Below, one piece after another: positions 31,984 to 42,499 of a DNA stretch of 64,000 nt (its first letter is position 1; each line of letters opens with the position of its first letter). The notes beneath the pieces were generated by a model. It did no database searches. It saw only the letters and a program-made list of their open reading frames with translations, and was not told the origin of the DNA. Position numbers and translations under genes: made by a program. This DNA comes from an uncultured delta proteobacterium. Lineage in GTDB: Bacteria; Desulfobacterota; Binatia; Binatales; Binataceae. The DNA lies in the NCBI GenBank assembly GCA_963765675.1, contig CAVXXK010000001.1, positions 256,001-320,000 on the forward strand, in the 5' to 3' direction.

Positions 31984-32157
31984 GTGGTGGCCGACGGCTC
32001 GTCGGCCGACGCGAAGCGTCATCTGGGTACGAGAGAAATCGCAGAGCGGCTTCTCACCCGCACGGTCATCGGCATGCGAAGACGGGCGCGTCGCGACGCG
32101 CCCCTACGAATTGAATCTGTTTTAATAGGGGCGGCTCTCGAGCCGCCCGCTCGCATG
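31984..32157. repeat. GTAG-type REP cluster
   Basis: GTAGGGGCGCGTCGCGACGCGCCC (minus, 32084-32107) back-to-back with TAGGGGCGGCTCTCGAGCCGCCC (plus, 32126-32148); also GGCCGAC-N5-GTCGGCC at 31989-32007. Confidence 0.7.
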
Positions 32158-32249
32158 GCCTCGATCAACATCGGTCAACCCTGTCCGTCATCCTGCCATG
32201 AAAGTCGGTGGAGCGATGAGTATCGTAATCTGAGCCAAGCCCTCCGGCC

Positions 32250-32362
32250 GTCATTTCGAGCGCTGCGGAGAAATCCCGAGGCGGCCATGCTCGACGCGAA
32301 CATCACGTGCTGCGACTCTTCGATCGGGATTCCTCGCGCGGCAGCCACGCGCGGGAATGACA
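32250..32362. repeat. GTCATT...GAATC type REP doublet
   Basis: GTCATTTCGAGCG..GAGAAATCCC and GGGATTCCTCGCG..GGAATGACA; same family as 15611-15830. Confidence 0.7.
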
Positions 32363-32554
32363 ACCGCAGAGACGGGAGAGCGTATCATCCACCTACTTGT
32401 TTCGCTTGGCGATCACCTGTAGCATCTTCGCCTGAAGCCAATGACGGCTCTCACGCGCGTCGGATTCCGCGACGCCACACTCCAATCGCTCGACCCAGTA
32501 TTCTGGCCTTCGCGCCAGACTCGAATCCGGGGGTTTTGCACCTGAGGTACTCTT

Positions 32555-33772
32555 TTGTCCTTTTCCGATTTTAACCTTTCACCCGAAATTCTTCGCGCGC
32601 TCGCCGACCGCGGGCATCATGACCCGACCCCGATCCAAGACGGCGCAATTCCAGCCGCCCTCGAAGGACGCGATATCGTCGCCACTGCCGAGACCGGCAG
32701 CGGAAAGACTTGCGCCTTTTTGGCGCCGACGCTCGACCGGTTGCATCGCAAGCACACCAATCATCTGGCCGCGATCGTTATTACTCCGACACGCGAGCTT
32801 GCCGCGCAGGTCGGCCGCGAATTCCAGTTACTCGCGCGCCATCTGAAACTGCGCGCGGCAGTCGTGGTCGGCGGGGAATCCGAAAAACGTCAGATCGACG
32901 AAATCCGCAAGGGCGCCCATGTTCTGATCGCGTGCCCGGGCCGCCTGATCGACTATCTCGAGCGCCACATCGTGAAGCTCGACCGGGTCGAGATCGTGAT
33001 CATCGACGAGGCCGACCGCCTGCTCGACATGGGTTTTCTGCCTCAGTTGCGCCGGATCATGAAGATGGTGCCGAAGCAGCGGCAGACCTTGATGTTCTCG
33101 GCGACGATGGCCTCGGGACCCGAGATGATCGCGCGCGAATTCCTGCACGAGCCTACGCGCGTGACGATCGGCTCCAAGCCCGCGCCACCCGCGAGTATCC
33201 GGCAGGCGATCTATCCGGTCGCGCTCGAAGACAAATCCAAGATGCTGCTGGAAATCCTGAAACGGCCCGAGATCGAAAGCGCGATCGTCTTTACTCGCAC
33301 CAAGAGCCGCGCCGATCGGGTCGCCAAGCTCCTCCAGCGCAACGACATCCGCGCGGTCCAGATTCATGGCGACCGCTCGCAGAGCCAGCGCAACGCCGCG
33401 CTGGCGGGATTCAAAGCGCGCCGCTACCGCGTGATGGTCGCGACCGACGTTGCGGCGCGCGGACTCGATATTCCCGACGTCTCGCACGTGATTAATTTCG
33501 ATCTTCCCGACGAGAGTGAGAATTATATCCATCGCATCGGCCGCACCGCCCGGATGGGCAAAGCGGGCGAGGCGATCTCGCTGGTCACGCCCGAAGAGCG
33601 GGTCACGCTGGCGCGCCTGGAGCGCACGCTCGGCGGCGAGCTCGATCGCGAGCACGTCGAGGGTTTCAACCGACTCGAAATCGCGCCGGCCAAACCGGTC
33701 AAGCTGTTCCGATCGGCGGGAGCGGGACGCAATCGTTCGCCGCGCAATCGCACACGTTCACGCTGGGCCTGA
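32555..33772 (+). CDS. DEAD-box ATP-dependent RNA helicase (RhlE-like)
   Basis: TGSGKT, PTRELA, DEAD, SAT, HRIGRTAR. Confidence 0.95.
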   Translation: MSFSDFNLSPEILRALADRGHHDPTPIQDGAIPAALEGRDIVATAETGSGKTCAFLAPTLDRLHRKHTNHLAAIVITPTRELAAQVGREFQLLARHLKLRAAVVVGGESEKRQIDEIRKGAHVLIACPGRLIDYLERHIVKLDRVEIVIIDEADRLLDMGFLPQLRRIMKMVPKQRQTLMFSATMASGPEMIAREFLHEPTRVTIGSKPAPPASIRQAIYPVALEDKSKMLLEILKRPEIESAIVFTRTKSRADRVAKLLQRNDIRAVQIHGDRSQSQRNAALAGFKARRYRVMVATDVAARGLDIPDVSHVINFDLPDESENYIHRIGRTARMGKAGEAISLVTPEERVTLARLERTLGGELDREHVEGFNRLEIAPAKPVKLFRSAGAGRNRSPRNRTRSRWA

Positions 33773-33793
33773 AAAACCTGACTGACAGACAAG

Positions 33794-33830
33794 AGCGCGG
33801 CGCGCATAATGCGCGCCACGCTTATTTTTT
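33794..33830 (+). terminator. Intrinsic terminator after the helicase
   Basis: AGCGCGGCGCGCA...TGCGCGCCACGCT followed by TATTTTTT. Confidence 0.7.
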
Positions 33831-33847
33831 GCCCTCGAAATCGCCGC

Positions 33848-34567
33848 TCAATCTTTCGGAATCGCACCGACCAGCGACGCACGCTGCGAAATCTCGATCC
33901 AGTTGCCGTCGGGATCGCGGATAAACGAAATCCGCGCAACTGTGCCGAGCGTCACCGGCGCAGCGCCCTCCCGCACGCCCATCGACAGGAATCGCCGATG
34001 CTCCGCGTCGCAGTCGCGCACCTGGATCGTGATGTACCGGAAGCCGATCGCGCGCATCCCGGCGATCACCTGCGCGGCTGGAGCCGAGGGCGCATCTTCG
34101 GCGCGGCGCGCGGCGGAGTCGTGCGCAAAGCTGATCATGGTTTCGCCGATCTTGTAGTGACGCGCATCGATCTTTTCGCCGCCCAGCGCTTCGCCGTAAA
34201 AGCGCGCGAACGCGGCTTCATCGGTCACCGCGATATGGATCTCGATCTGATTGATGCCGCGCTGACCGGTCGGCACCAGCTCGATCTCGTTGCCGTCGGG
34301 ATCAGCCATGCGCATCGGAATCGGCGTGCGCGAATCCGCGATCGTGACGCGCGAGTATCCACCCGCGACGCGCGCGGGCAGCGCCTCGCGCGATTCGTTC
34401 AGCTTCAGCACCGAGCCATGCAGGCCCATGCGATGCTGCCGCATGCCGCCACCGAGCGGCAGGATCTCCTCGAACGGCAGCCGCAATCGCTCGGTGTAAA
34501 ACGCGCGCAGCTCTTCTACCCGGTTGGTAAAGAAGCCCACATCGACGAATCGTTTGGCCAGTTCCAT
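33848..34567 (-). CDS. VOC/glyoxalase family protein
   Basis: Two repeats ending DPDGNEIEL and DPDGNWIEIS. Confidence 0.85.
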   Translation of the reverse strand: MELAKRFVDVGFFTNRVEELRAFYTERLRLPFEEILPLGGGMRQHRMGLHGSVLKLNESREALPARVAGGYSRVTIADSRTPIPMRMADPDGNEIELVPTGQRGINQIEIHIAVTDEAAFARFYGEALGGEKIDARHYKIGETMISFAHDSAARRAEDAPSAPAAQVIAGMRAIGFRYITIQVRDCDAEHRRFLSMGVREGAAPVTLGTVARISFIRDPDGNWIEISQRASLVGAIPKD

Positions 34568-34624
34568 AGATTATCTCCGCTACCATATCGCGCCGCCGCG
34601 GCGCCATCGCATGACGCGCCGTCC

Positions 34625-37600
34625 TCACGCGCGATGCGGCCGTAGGGTGCCACGCCTCAGCGCGCGTTCCTTCATCATCGCGAAGAATACCGGCACCAGG
34701 ATCAGCACGTGAATCGTTGACGTGACCATCCCGCCAACGATCGGCGCCGCGATCGGCTTCATCACGTCGGCGCCGATTCCCGACTCCCACAGTATCGGCG
34801 CCAGGCTCAGCATCACCACCGCGACCGTCATCAGCTTCGGGCGCAGGCGATGCACCGCGCCGTCGATCGCGGCCTCTTCGATCGCGGCGTGATCGACGGT
34901 GCCCGCGGCAAGCCGACGGTCGAGCGCTTCGTCCAGATAGATCACCATCACGACTCCAGTCTCGACCGCGATTCCGAACAGATCGATATAGCCGATCGCG
35001 ACCGCGACGCTGAAGTCGTAGCCGAGGAACCATTGCAGCAAGAGTCCGCCCGTCAGCGCGTACACGCATGGAAACAACAGGACCAGCGTCTCCGCCACAG
35101 AGCCGAACAGCATGTAGAGCAGCACGAAAATCGCCGCGAACACTATCGGCAGAATGAGCGTCAGGCTTCGGCGCGCACGCAACTCGAACTCGTACTCGCC
35201 CGACCATTTGAACGAGTAACCGGGCGGCATCTTGAGGTGCTGATCGAGCAGGCGCTGGGCGTGATCGACGTAGCCGCCGTAGTCGCTGGTCGAGAGATCG
35301 ACGTACACGTAGCCGGTCAGCTCGCCGTCCTCGTCGCGGATCATCGTGGGTCCGGGAGCGACCGCGATCGACGCGACCTCGCTCAGTGGAACCTGCGCGC
35401 CAGACGGGGTCGCGAGCAGCACCGCACCGAGCGCCTCAGGATTCGAGCGATAGTCACTCAGGTAGCGCACGCTGATCGGAAACCGCTCGCGTCCGTTGAT
35501 AACGGTCGAGATATTGTCGCCACCGATCGCCGACCTGACCGCCGTCTGGATGTCGTCGACCGTCAATCCGTAACGCGCCGCAACCGCGCGGTTCGGCGTG
35601 ACGTTGATATAGAAGCCCTGCGACACGCGCTCGGCGAATACTCCGCGCGTGCCCGGCATACTGCCCAGAATCTCCTCCATCGCGAGGCCGATTCGCTGAA
35701 TCTCTTCTAGGTTTGGACCCTGGATTTTCAGCCCGACCGGAGTTTTGATTCCGGTAAGCTCCATGTCGAGACGATTCCCGACCGGCATCGTCCAGGTGTT
35801 CGCGAGCCCCGGGAAATGAAGCTTCGCGTCCATCGCTGCGACCAGGCGATCGTAAGTCATACCGGCAGGCCACTGGTTGCGCGGCTTCAGCATCACCGTC
35901 GTATCGAACATGTCCATCGGCGCGTTGTCGGTCGCGCTGTCGGAGCGACCCACGGTGCCGAACACGCTTTCGACTTCCGGGAACGCGCGGATAATCCGGT
36001 CCTGCTGCTGCAACAGCGCCGTCGCCGACGTGATCGAGAGGCCGGGCAGAGCAGTAGGCATATAGAGCATCGAGCCCTCGAACAACGGCGGCATGAACTG
36101 GCTTCCGATCTTGAGCACCAGCGGCAAGGTCAGCGCGAGGAAGGCCAGGTTGGCGACGATCGTTATCGCGCGATGCCGCAGGCACCACTTGATCACAGGC
36201 CGGTAGAGCGCCTGAAAAAATCGCGAGAGCGGATTTTCATTCTCGGGACGAATCCGCCCGCGAATCAGCCACAGCATCAGGATCGGAACGATCGTCACCG
36301 CCAGGATCGACGACGACGAAATCGCCAGCGTCTTGGTCCAGGCCAGCGGCCGGAACATCCGCCCCTCCTGCGCCTCAAGCATGAACACGGGCAGAAACGA
36401 GACCACGATTATCAGGAGCGAGTAGAACAGTGGGCGGCCGACCTGCTTCGCCGCGCCGAGCAGCACGCGATCGCGCTCGCCCGCTTGGGGAGCCGTCATG
36501 CTGTCGCGGCCGTGGTTTGCAATCCAGTCGCCCAGATGGCGATGCCCGTTTTCCACCATCACGATCGACGCATCGACCAGCACCCCGATCGCGAGTGCGA
36601 ATCCGCCGAGCGACATGATGTTCGAGCTCACGTGCAGGAAGTACATCGGGATGAACGACGCGAGCAGCGCGAGCGGGATCGAGGCGATCGGGATCAGCGC
36701 CGAGCGGAAGTGCCACAAGAACACGATGATCACCAGGCTCACGATGATCGCTTCCTCGACCAGGGCGCGGCGCAGGGTCTGGATCGAATCGCTGATCAGG
36801 CCCGCGCGATCGTAGCCCGCGACGATCTCGACGCCCGGCGGGAGCGTCTTCTGAACCTCTGTGATGCGCTGCTTGATGCCGTCGATAACGCGGAGCGCGT
36901 TTTCGCCGTCGCGCATCACGACGATCCCGCCGACCACTTCGCCCTGGCCGTCATAATCCGCCGCGCCTTCGCGCAGGTCGGGACCGAAGCTCACGACGCC
37001 AAGGTCGCGGATCAGGACCGGAGTGCCGCCATGATCGGCGACCGGAATATTTTCGAGATCGGCGAGCGACTTGATATAGCCGAGCCCGCGAATCTGGTAG
37101 TCGGCGCCCGACATCTCGAGCACGCGGCCGCCGACCTCGTTGTTGCTCGCGCGGATTTTGTCGATCACGGTCTGGAGCGGCACCTTTAGCGCCAGCATCC
37201 GGTTCGGATCGAGTTTGACCTGGTACTGGCGCACGAATCCGCCGATCGTGGCGACCTCGGCGACGCCGGGCACGGTTTCGAGCGCGTAGCGGATCTTCCA
37301 GTCTTGCAGCGCACGCAAATCCGCCAGGCTCTGGCTGTGCCCGCGATCGACCAGCACGTATTCGTAAACCCATCCGGCGCCGGTCGCGTCGGGGCCAAGC
37401 GTCGGCGAGACCCCGGCTGGGAGGCGCCCGGCGAGTTGCTGCATATATTCCAGCACGCGCGAGCGCGCCCAGTAGAGATCGGTGCCGTCCTGGAACACGA
37501 CGTACACGTACGAATCGTTGGCCATTGTCTGCGCGCGAACCGCCTTGACCTTCGGCGCCGCCAGCATTGCGGTAACGATCGGATAGGTCACCTGGTCCTC

Positions 37601-37783
37601 GATCAACTGCGGCGGCTGTCCCATCCATTGCGTGTGGATGATCACCTGCACGTCGGAGATATCGGGCAGCGCGTCGAGCGGAGCATGCTCGATCGACCAT
37701 CCGCCCCCGAGCACGATCACCAGGACGGCGAGACCGACCAGAAAGCGGTTGCGATTGCACGAATCGATTATATGTTCGATCAT
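34625..37783 (-). CDS. cusA: Heavy-metal RND permease, CusA type
   Basis: DALPDISDVQVI, GPDATG.GWVYEY, MPPL.EG..LYMP, AP..MFDT, RLRPKLMT. Confidence 0.93.
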   Translation of the reverse strand: MIEHIIDSCNRNRFLVGLAVLVIVLGGGWSIEHAPLDALPDISDVQVIIHTQWMGQPPQLIEDQVTYPIVTAMLAAPKVKAVRAQTMANDSYVYVVFQDGTDLYWARSRVLEYMQQLAGRLPAGVSPTLGPDATGAGWVYEYVLVDRGHSQSLADLRALQDWKIRYALETVPGVAEVATIGGFVRQYQVKLDPNRMLALKVPLQTVIDKIRASNNEVGGRVLEMSGADYQIRGLGYIKSLADLENIPVADHGGTPVLIRDLGVVSFGPDLREGAADYDGQGEVVGGIVVMRDGENALRVIDGIKQRITEVQKTLPPGVEIVAGYDRAGLISDSIQTLRRALVEEAIIVSLVIIVFLWHFRSALIPIASIPLALLASFIPMYFLHVSSNIMSLGGFALAIGVLVDASIVMVENGHRHLGDWIANHGRDSMTAPQAGERDRVLLGAAKQVGRPLFYSLLIIVVSFLPVFMLEAQEGRMFRPLAWTKTLAISSSSILAVTIVPILMLWLIRGRIRPENENPLSRFFQALYRPVIKWCLRHRAITIVANLAFLALTLPLVLKIGSQFMPPLFEGSMLYMPTALPGLSITSATALLQQQDRIIRAFPEVESVFGTVGRSDSATDNAPMDMFDTTVMLKPRNQWPAGMTYDRLVAAMDAKLHFPGLANTWTMPVGNRLDMELTGIKTPVGLKIQGPNLEEIQRIGLAMEEILGSMPGTRGVFAERVSQGFYINVTPNRAVAARYGLTVDDIQTAVRSAIGGDNISTVINGRERFPISVRYLSDYRSNPEALGAVLLATPSGAQVPLSEVASIAVAPGPTMIRDEDGELTGYVYVDLSTSDYGGYVDHAQRLLDQHLKMPPGYSFKWSGEYEFELRARRSLTLILPIVFAAIFVLLYMLFGSVAETLVLLFPCVYALTGGLLLQWFLGYDFSVAVAIGYIDLFGIAVETGVVMVIYLDEALDRRLAAGTVDHAAIEEAAIDGAVHRLRPKLMTVAVVMLSLAPILWESGIGADVMKPIAAPIVGGMVTSTIHVLILVPVFFAMMKERALRRGTLRPHRA

Positions 37784-37798
37784 TTGCGTCGCTCCCGG

Positions 37799-39280
37799 TT
37801 ACATCGCCATCGGTCCGCTGACCGTGATGCTCATCCGTCTGGTCGCGATCGTGCGGCCGGCTTTTTCCGCGGACACCGTGACGGTAAAGGTCCCTCCGCT
37901 GGCGAGCGTTATCTCTGCGCCGTATTTGCCGCTGCCCTGATCGGCAAGAGCGGACTCGGCGCGGATCGCCGCCATCCCCATCGAGGGCATTGCCGGCATG
38001 AAGAAGACCACCTGCACCTTCGCGCCGGTGATCGGAGCGCCGCTCGGATTCGAGAGCGTTACCCGCACCGCGTTCTTACCTTTCGCTGGCGGGGACGGAT
38101 CGGTGGTGATAGCGAGCATCGCTGGGGGCGTGGCGCTTTGACCAGCGTTTGCGACCGCCTGTTGAGTCGAACCAGGCGGAGGCGGAGTGTAGCCGCCAAT
38201 CGCGGCCTGGAGCTGGCTTTCGGAATCGATCAGGAAATTCGCCGAGCTCACGACGCGATCGCGCGCGCGCAGACCTTTGCGCACGACAAAGTTGTCGCCG
38301 ACGCGCGCGCGCAGCTCGACCTCGACCGGAGTCAGATAGCCGTCGCCCTGATCGACGAACACGATATTGTGCGTCCCGGTCTGCAGCACTCCGGCGGCGG
38401 GAATCACCAACGCGCGTCCTAGCCTCGGCGTGAGCGCGACCTGCACAAACATCCCAAGCTTCAGCGCGGCATCGGGGTTATTGAGCACGGTGCGCACCCG
38501 CGCGGTGCGCGTGACCGGATCGATCGAGGGCCAGATGGAATCGACCTTGCCGCTGAAGATTCTGCCCGGATACGAATCGACGGTGATCGCAGCCGGGTCA
38601 CCGATTTTGATCTCGCCCAGACGATCTTGAAAGACCGCGGCGTAGACCCAAATCGTGTCGAGATTTGCGATCGTGTAAAGACGCGTCGAAGGATCGGCGT
38701 ACATATTCGGCAGCGCGGCGCGATCGGTGATATAGCCGGTCGCAGGCGAATCGATTTCGATTTCGCTATGGACAGTGCGCTCGCGTTCGAGGCGGCGAAT
38801 CTCGCGTTCGGGAACGCCGAACAGGCGCAGCCGATCGAGCGACGCCGCGACCATCGTGTTGGCTCCTCCCGCTACGCCCTCGACGGTGCTGTCCTTCACG
38901 CCGGCTCGCTCGCCAAGTGCGATCAGATATTCGTTCTCGGCGTTTACGAGGTCGGGACTGTAGATCGTGAAGAGCGCCTGGCCGCGACGCACGAGCTGCC
39001 AGTTCTGATTGGCGAAAACGCTGCGGATCCATCCCGGAAACCGCGTCTGGACATAGCTTTCGCGCTGCTCGTCGGCCTCGACGGTGCCGGTTGCATCGAT
39101 CCGGTCGGTAAGTGCGCGCTCCTCCACGGTCGCGAATTTGAGACCAATCATCTGGCGTCGCTCGGGCGGCACTTCGATCGGGACCAGGTGCGGGGCTCCC
39201 GCGCCTTGCGCGCGCGGGTGGCGTGGCGGCGTGACGAGCGCGATCCACAGAATCGCGAAGGCAAATATTGTGCGCTTCAT
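37799..39280 (-). CDS. cusB: RND periplasmic adaptor (CusB-like) with C-terminal YtkA/FixH-like Met-rich domain
   Basis: IYSPDL, LKLGMF, FLIDSES; C-terminal FFMPAMPSMGM. Confidence 0.88.
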   Translation of the reverse strand: MKRTIFAFAILWIALVTPPRHPRAQGAGAPHLVPIEVPPERRQMIGLKFATVEERALTDRIDATGTVEADEQRESYVQTRFPGWIRSVFANQNWQLVRRGQALFTIYSPDLVNAENEYLIALGERAGVKDSTVEGVAGGANTMVAASLDRLRLFGVPEREIRRLERERTVHSEIEIDSPATGYITDRAALPNMYADPSTRLYTIANLDTIWVYAAVFQDRLGEIKIGDPAAITVDSYPGRIFSGKVDSIWPSIDPVTRTARVRTVLNNPDAALKLGMFVQVALTPRLGRALVIPAAGVLQTGTHNIVFVDQGDGYLTPVEVELRARVGDNFVVRKGLRARDRVVSSANFLIDSESQLQAAIGGYTPPPPGSTQQAVANAGQSATPPAMLAITTDPSPPAKGKNAVRVTLSNPSGAPITGAKVQVVFFMPAMPSMGMAAIRAESALADQGSGKYGAEITLASGGTFTVTVSAEKAGRTIATRRMSITVSGPMAM

Positions 39281-40572
39281 GAATTTGCTCCGATGATCCG
39301 CTCGACATGCGCGACCGCAATCTCGTGGTCCGCGATCGCACGCAGGTAGCCCTCGCGCAATTCGAGTACCGCGGTCACCGCCGAGAGCATCGTCTGGAAA
39401 TCGACTTTGCCGGTGCGATACGCGGCGCGCGCCGAGTTCATCGTCGCCTCGGATTGCGGAATCAGCCCGTCGCGGTACATCGCGATAATCCGGGTCTGGG
39501 TGCGAATCGAAACGAGGCTCGCCTGCAGGTCGGATAGCGTCGCCAAGCGCGCCGCGCGCAGCGCACTTTGGGCAGAGTGCTTTTCAAGCGCGGCCTGCTC
39601 GACCGCGGGAGTCTGCTTGCGCCAGAAGTAAAGTGGAATCTTCGCGCCGATCGAGAACATGTAGTAGTCGGCGAAGCCCGGCCCGGTCTTCTCGTACGTG
39701 TAGCCGACGTCAAAGTCGGGCCAGTAATCGTGACGCGCCAGCTCGAGCGCATTTTCGCTGCGCGCGACCGCGGTTTGCGCCATCTTCAGCTCCGGAGAAT
39801 CGGCGTCCGCGGCGGCCACGATTTCCGTTTCGCCGAGCTTGAGCGTGGTCGGTGTGATGTCGCCGATCTCGATATTGCGCGAATCCTGCTCGCGCCCGAG
39901 CATCGCCTTGAGATTCGCCTCGGCCACCTGGGTATCGTCGTGATTCAGCTCGAGCTGCTTGAGTATCGCGGTCGCCGCGAGCTGCGCCTTGAGCACGTCC
40001 TGCTGCTGCGCGCTGCCGGTGCGATATTGTGCCGCGGTAGCGCCGGCGATCGACGCGAGATCGACGCGCGTCTGTTCGAGCAGGCTGCGCGAGCGCGTCA
40101 GAAGGAAGAGATTGAACGCGTCGTCGCGGACCTTCTCGGCGACGTTGCGCTCTGCGGCGACGACGCTCTCGCCGGCGGTCTCGGCGTCTTTCTTCGCCTG
40201 CTCCGCGCGGAGCCTCAACTTTCCGGGTCCGGGAATTTCCTGCGAGAAGCCGAATCCGGTGTAGTAGAAATTGCTCGATTCATAGCCGGAAAACGGCTGT
40301 GGACTGCCGACCGTAAAATGCTGGAGCGAGATTTCCGGGTCGGGCAGGGTCGCGGCCTGGACCGGCACGCGCGTGGTTGCCTGCCAATGGCTTTGCGCGG
40401 CGGCGATCTCCGGGCTCGCGCGCATCGCCTCGCTCACCAGCGCGTCGACGGTAACTGGTGCGTCGCTTTGATCCGCCGATCCGCGCCCTGCGGAAAGTCC
40501 GATCCCGATCACGACTGCAAGCGCAAGCTGTGCGGAAACCCTTTTTCGCCGCGCCTTATGTTTCGGCTCCAT
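39277..40572 (-). CDS. TolC-family outer membrane factor
   Basis: Signal peptide, LPDP, QEIP.PGKL, YRTG repeats; first gene of the RND operon. Confidence 0.9.
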   Translation of the reverse strand: MEPKHKARRKRVSAQLALAVVIGIGLSAGRGSADQSDAPVTVDALVSEAMRASPEIAAAQSHWQATTRVPVQAATLPDPEISLQHFTVGSPQPFSGYESSNFYYTGFGFSQEIPGPGKLRLRAEQAKKDAETAGESVVAAERNVAEKVRDDAFNLFLLTRSRSLLEQTRVDLASIAGATAAQYRTGSAQQQDVLKAQLAATAILKQLELNHDDTQVAEANLKAMLGREQDSRNIEIGDITPTTLKLGETEIVAAADADSPELKMAQTAVARSENALELARHDYWPDFDVGYTYEKTGPGFADYYMFSIGAKIPLYFWRKQTPAVEQAALEKHSAQSALRAARLATLSDLQASLVSIRTQTRIIAMYRDGLIPQSEATMNSARAAYRTGKVDFQTMLSAVTAVLELREGYLRAIADHEIAVAHVERIIGANS

Positions 40573-40718
40573 CTCGATTCACCCATCGCGTAAGTCTGAT
40601 TCGCCACGCACGATCGTGCGCGAGCGAGATTCCTCAACTGCGATTCGCGGCTCGGTGCGCGCAGGGGCGCATCGGCGCGAGTGATCGCGCTCAAAGAGTC
40701 ATTAACAATTTGGCGAAA

Positions 40719-41074
40719 TCAGATCTGGAACGAGCAGAGCCGCACCGGCGAAGGCGATTCCACGGGCGGAGATTCATCCGCGCGAGGATCGTCACCGCGA
40801 TGTCCCTTAGGGGAGTCAGGACGGCGAACCAGGACGCGGGCACGTGGCGATGCGCACTCGGCTCTTGAACCGACGACTTGGCAGACGCGACGGTAGCATC
40901 GTGCGGCGCGACGCGGCAGCACCGCGTGGCGTCGCGGCTATTCGGCGCAGGCGCCGGACAGGAAGTCGAGCAGCAGGTGCGCGCCGCGGAGGCGTTCAGC
41001 CCTGCCGTCGCGATCCCGCCGCTAGAGGCGAGCATCGCAAACGCAAGCAGGAACATGGCTGCACGCCGGAGCAT
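40719..41074 (-). CDS. Cys-rich exported leader protein (DUF2946/CutF/CruR-like), apparently frameshifted near 40804-40813
   Basis: Signal peptide plus CCSTSC and RCCR in one frame; SPPVESPSPVRLCSFQI* in the adjacent frame. Confidence 0.65.
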
Positions 41075-41206
41075 CGCACCTAGGCTAAGGCGCGCGGCGA
41101 TCTTGCGCAATACCGTCAATCCATTCGGTTTCTGCGCGCGCTTCTATTTTTTTCCTATCTGGGTTATGTCTAGCCTGATCAATCACCATACCCGCGAGGA
41201 TGAGAG

Positions 41207-42397
41207 ATGGACTTTTCGCTTAGCCCGAAGACCGAAGATTTGCGCAAACGCGTTTCCGCCTTCATGGACCAGTACGTCTATCCGGCCGAGAAGGTCGTGA
41301 TTACGCAGGAGCGCGCCGATTCCCACGAAGAACATCCGGTAATGAAAGACATCAGGAAGAAGGCCAAGGCTGAAAAGCTCTGGAACCTTTTCCTGCCCGA
41401 CGAGAAGTGGGGCGCCGGCCTCAAGAACTACGAATACGCCCCGCTGTGCGAGGTCATGGGCCGCAGCCCGCTCGGCGCGCGTGCGTTTAACTGCATGGCG
41501 CCCGACACCGGCAACATGGAAATCCTGACCGAGTTCGGCACCGACGAGCAGAAGCAGAAGTGGCTTAAGCCTCTGCTCGAAGGCGAGATGCGCACCTGCT
41601 TTTCGATGACCGAGCCCGACACCGCGGGCTCCGATCCGACTCTGCTCAAGACCCGCGCCGTGCGCGACGGCGACTACTACGTGATCAACGGCCACAAGTG
41701 GTTCACCTCGAACGCGATCGGCTCGGCCTTCGCGATCGCGATGGTGGTGACCGACCCCGAGGCGGAATCGCATCGCCGTGCGAGCCAGATTATCGTCCCG
41801 ACCGATACTCCCGGATTCAATATGGTTCGTCCGGTGCCGGTGATGGGCCATACCGGGGGCGGCGGACATTGCGAGATCATCTATAAGGATTGCCGCGTGC
41901 CGATCACCAACGTGCTCGGGCGCGAGGGCGACGGCTTTGCGATTTCGCAGGCCCGTCTCGGACCGGGCCGAATCCATCATTGTATGCGCACGATCGGAAC
42001 CGCCGAGCGCGCGATCGAGCTGATGTGCAAGCGCGCCAATGTACGCTTTACCCACGGCAGCCTGCTCGCCGACAAGGCGAATATCCAGGAATGGATCGCC
42101 GACTCGCGAATCGAGGTCGACTCCGCGCGACTGATGGTGATGAACGCGGCGTGGCAGATGGACACTCTCGGCAAGAAAGAAGCGCGCCAGCAGATCTCGA
42201 TGATCAAAGTGCAGTGCGCGAACATGGTGATGCGCGTGCTCGACCGCGCGATCCAGCTCTACGGCGCGGCCGGGGTGAGCGACGATTATCCTCTGGCGCG
42301 GATGTGGCGCGAGGGCCGCGCGCTAAGGATCGCCGACGGTCCCGACGAAGTGCATCGCCAGACGATCGCGCGCCGCGAGCTGCGCAAATGGAAGTAG
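41207..42397 (+). CDS. Acyl-CoA dehydrogenase (ACAD10/11, LvaC-like)
   Basis: NCMAPDTGNME, FSMTEP, RLGPGRIHHCMR, ADGPDEVH. Confidence 0.94.
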   Translation: MDFSLSPKTEDLRKRVSAFMDQYVYPAEKVVITQERADSHEEHPVMKDIRKKAKAEKLWNLFLPDEKWGAGLKNYEYAPLCEVMGRSPLGARAFNCMAPDTGNMEILTEFGTDEQKQKWLKPLLEGEMRTCFSMTEPDTAGSDPTLLKTRAVRDGDYYVINGHKWFTSNAIGSAFAIAMVVTDPEAESHRRASQIIVPTDTPGFNMVRPVPVMGHTGGGGHCEIIYKDCRVPITNVLGREGDGFAISQARLGPGRIHHCMRTIGTAERAIELMCKRANVRFTHGSLLADKANIQEWIADSRIEVDSARLMVMNAAWQMDTLGKKEARQQISMIKVQCANMVMRVLDRAIQLYGAAGVSDDYPLARMWREGRALRIADGPDEVHRQTIARRELRKWK

Positions 42398-42499
42398 TCA
42401 ATTAGCCAGCTACTATACTGGGCGCTCGTTCCTCGGGGGCGGGCGCCCGTTGCTTTGCATCTGAGTAATGAATTTGGCGGCAACTGAGACTGACCCATC

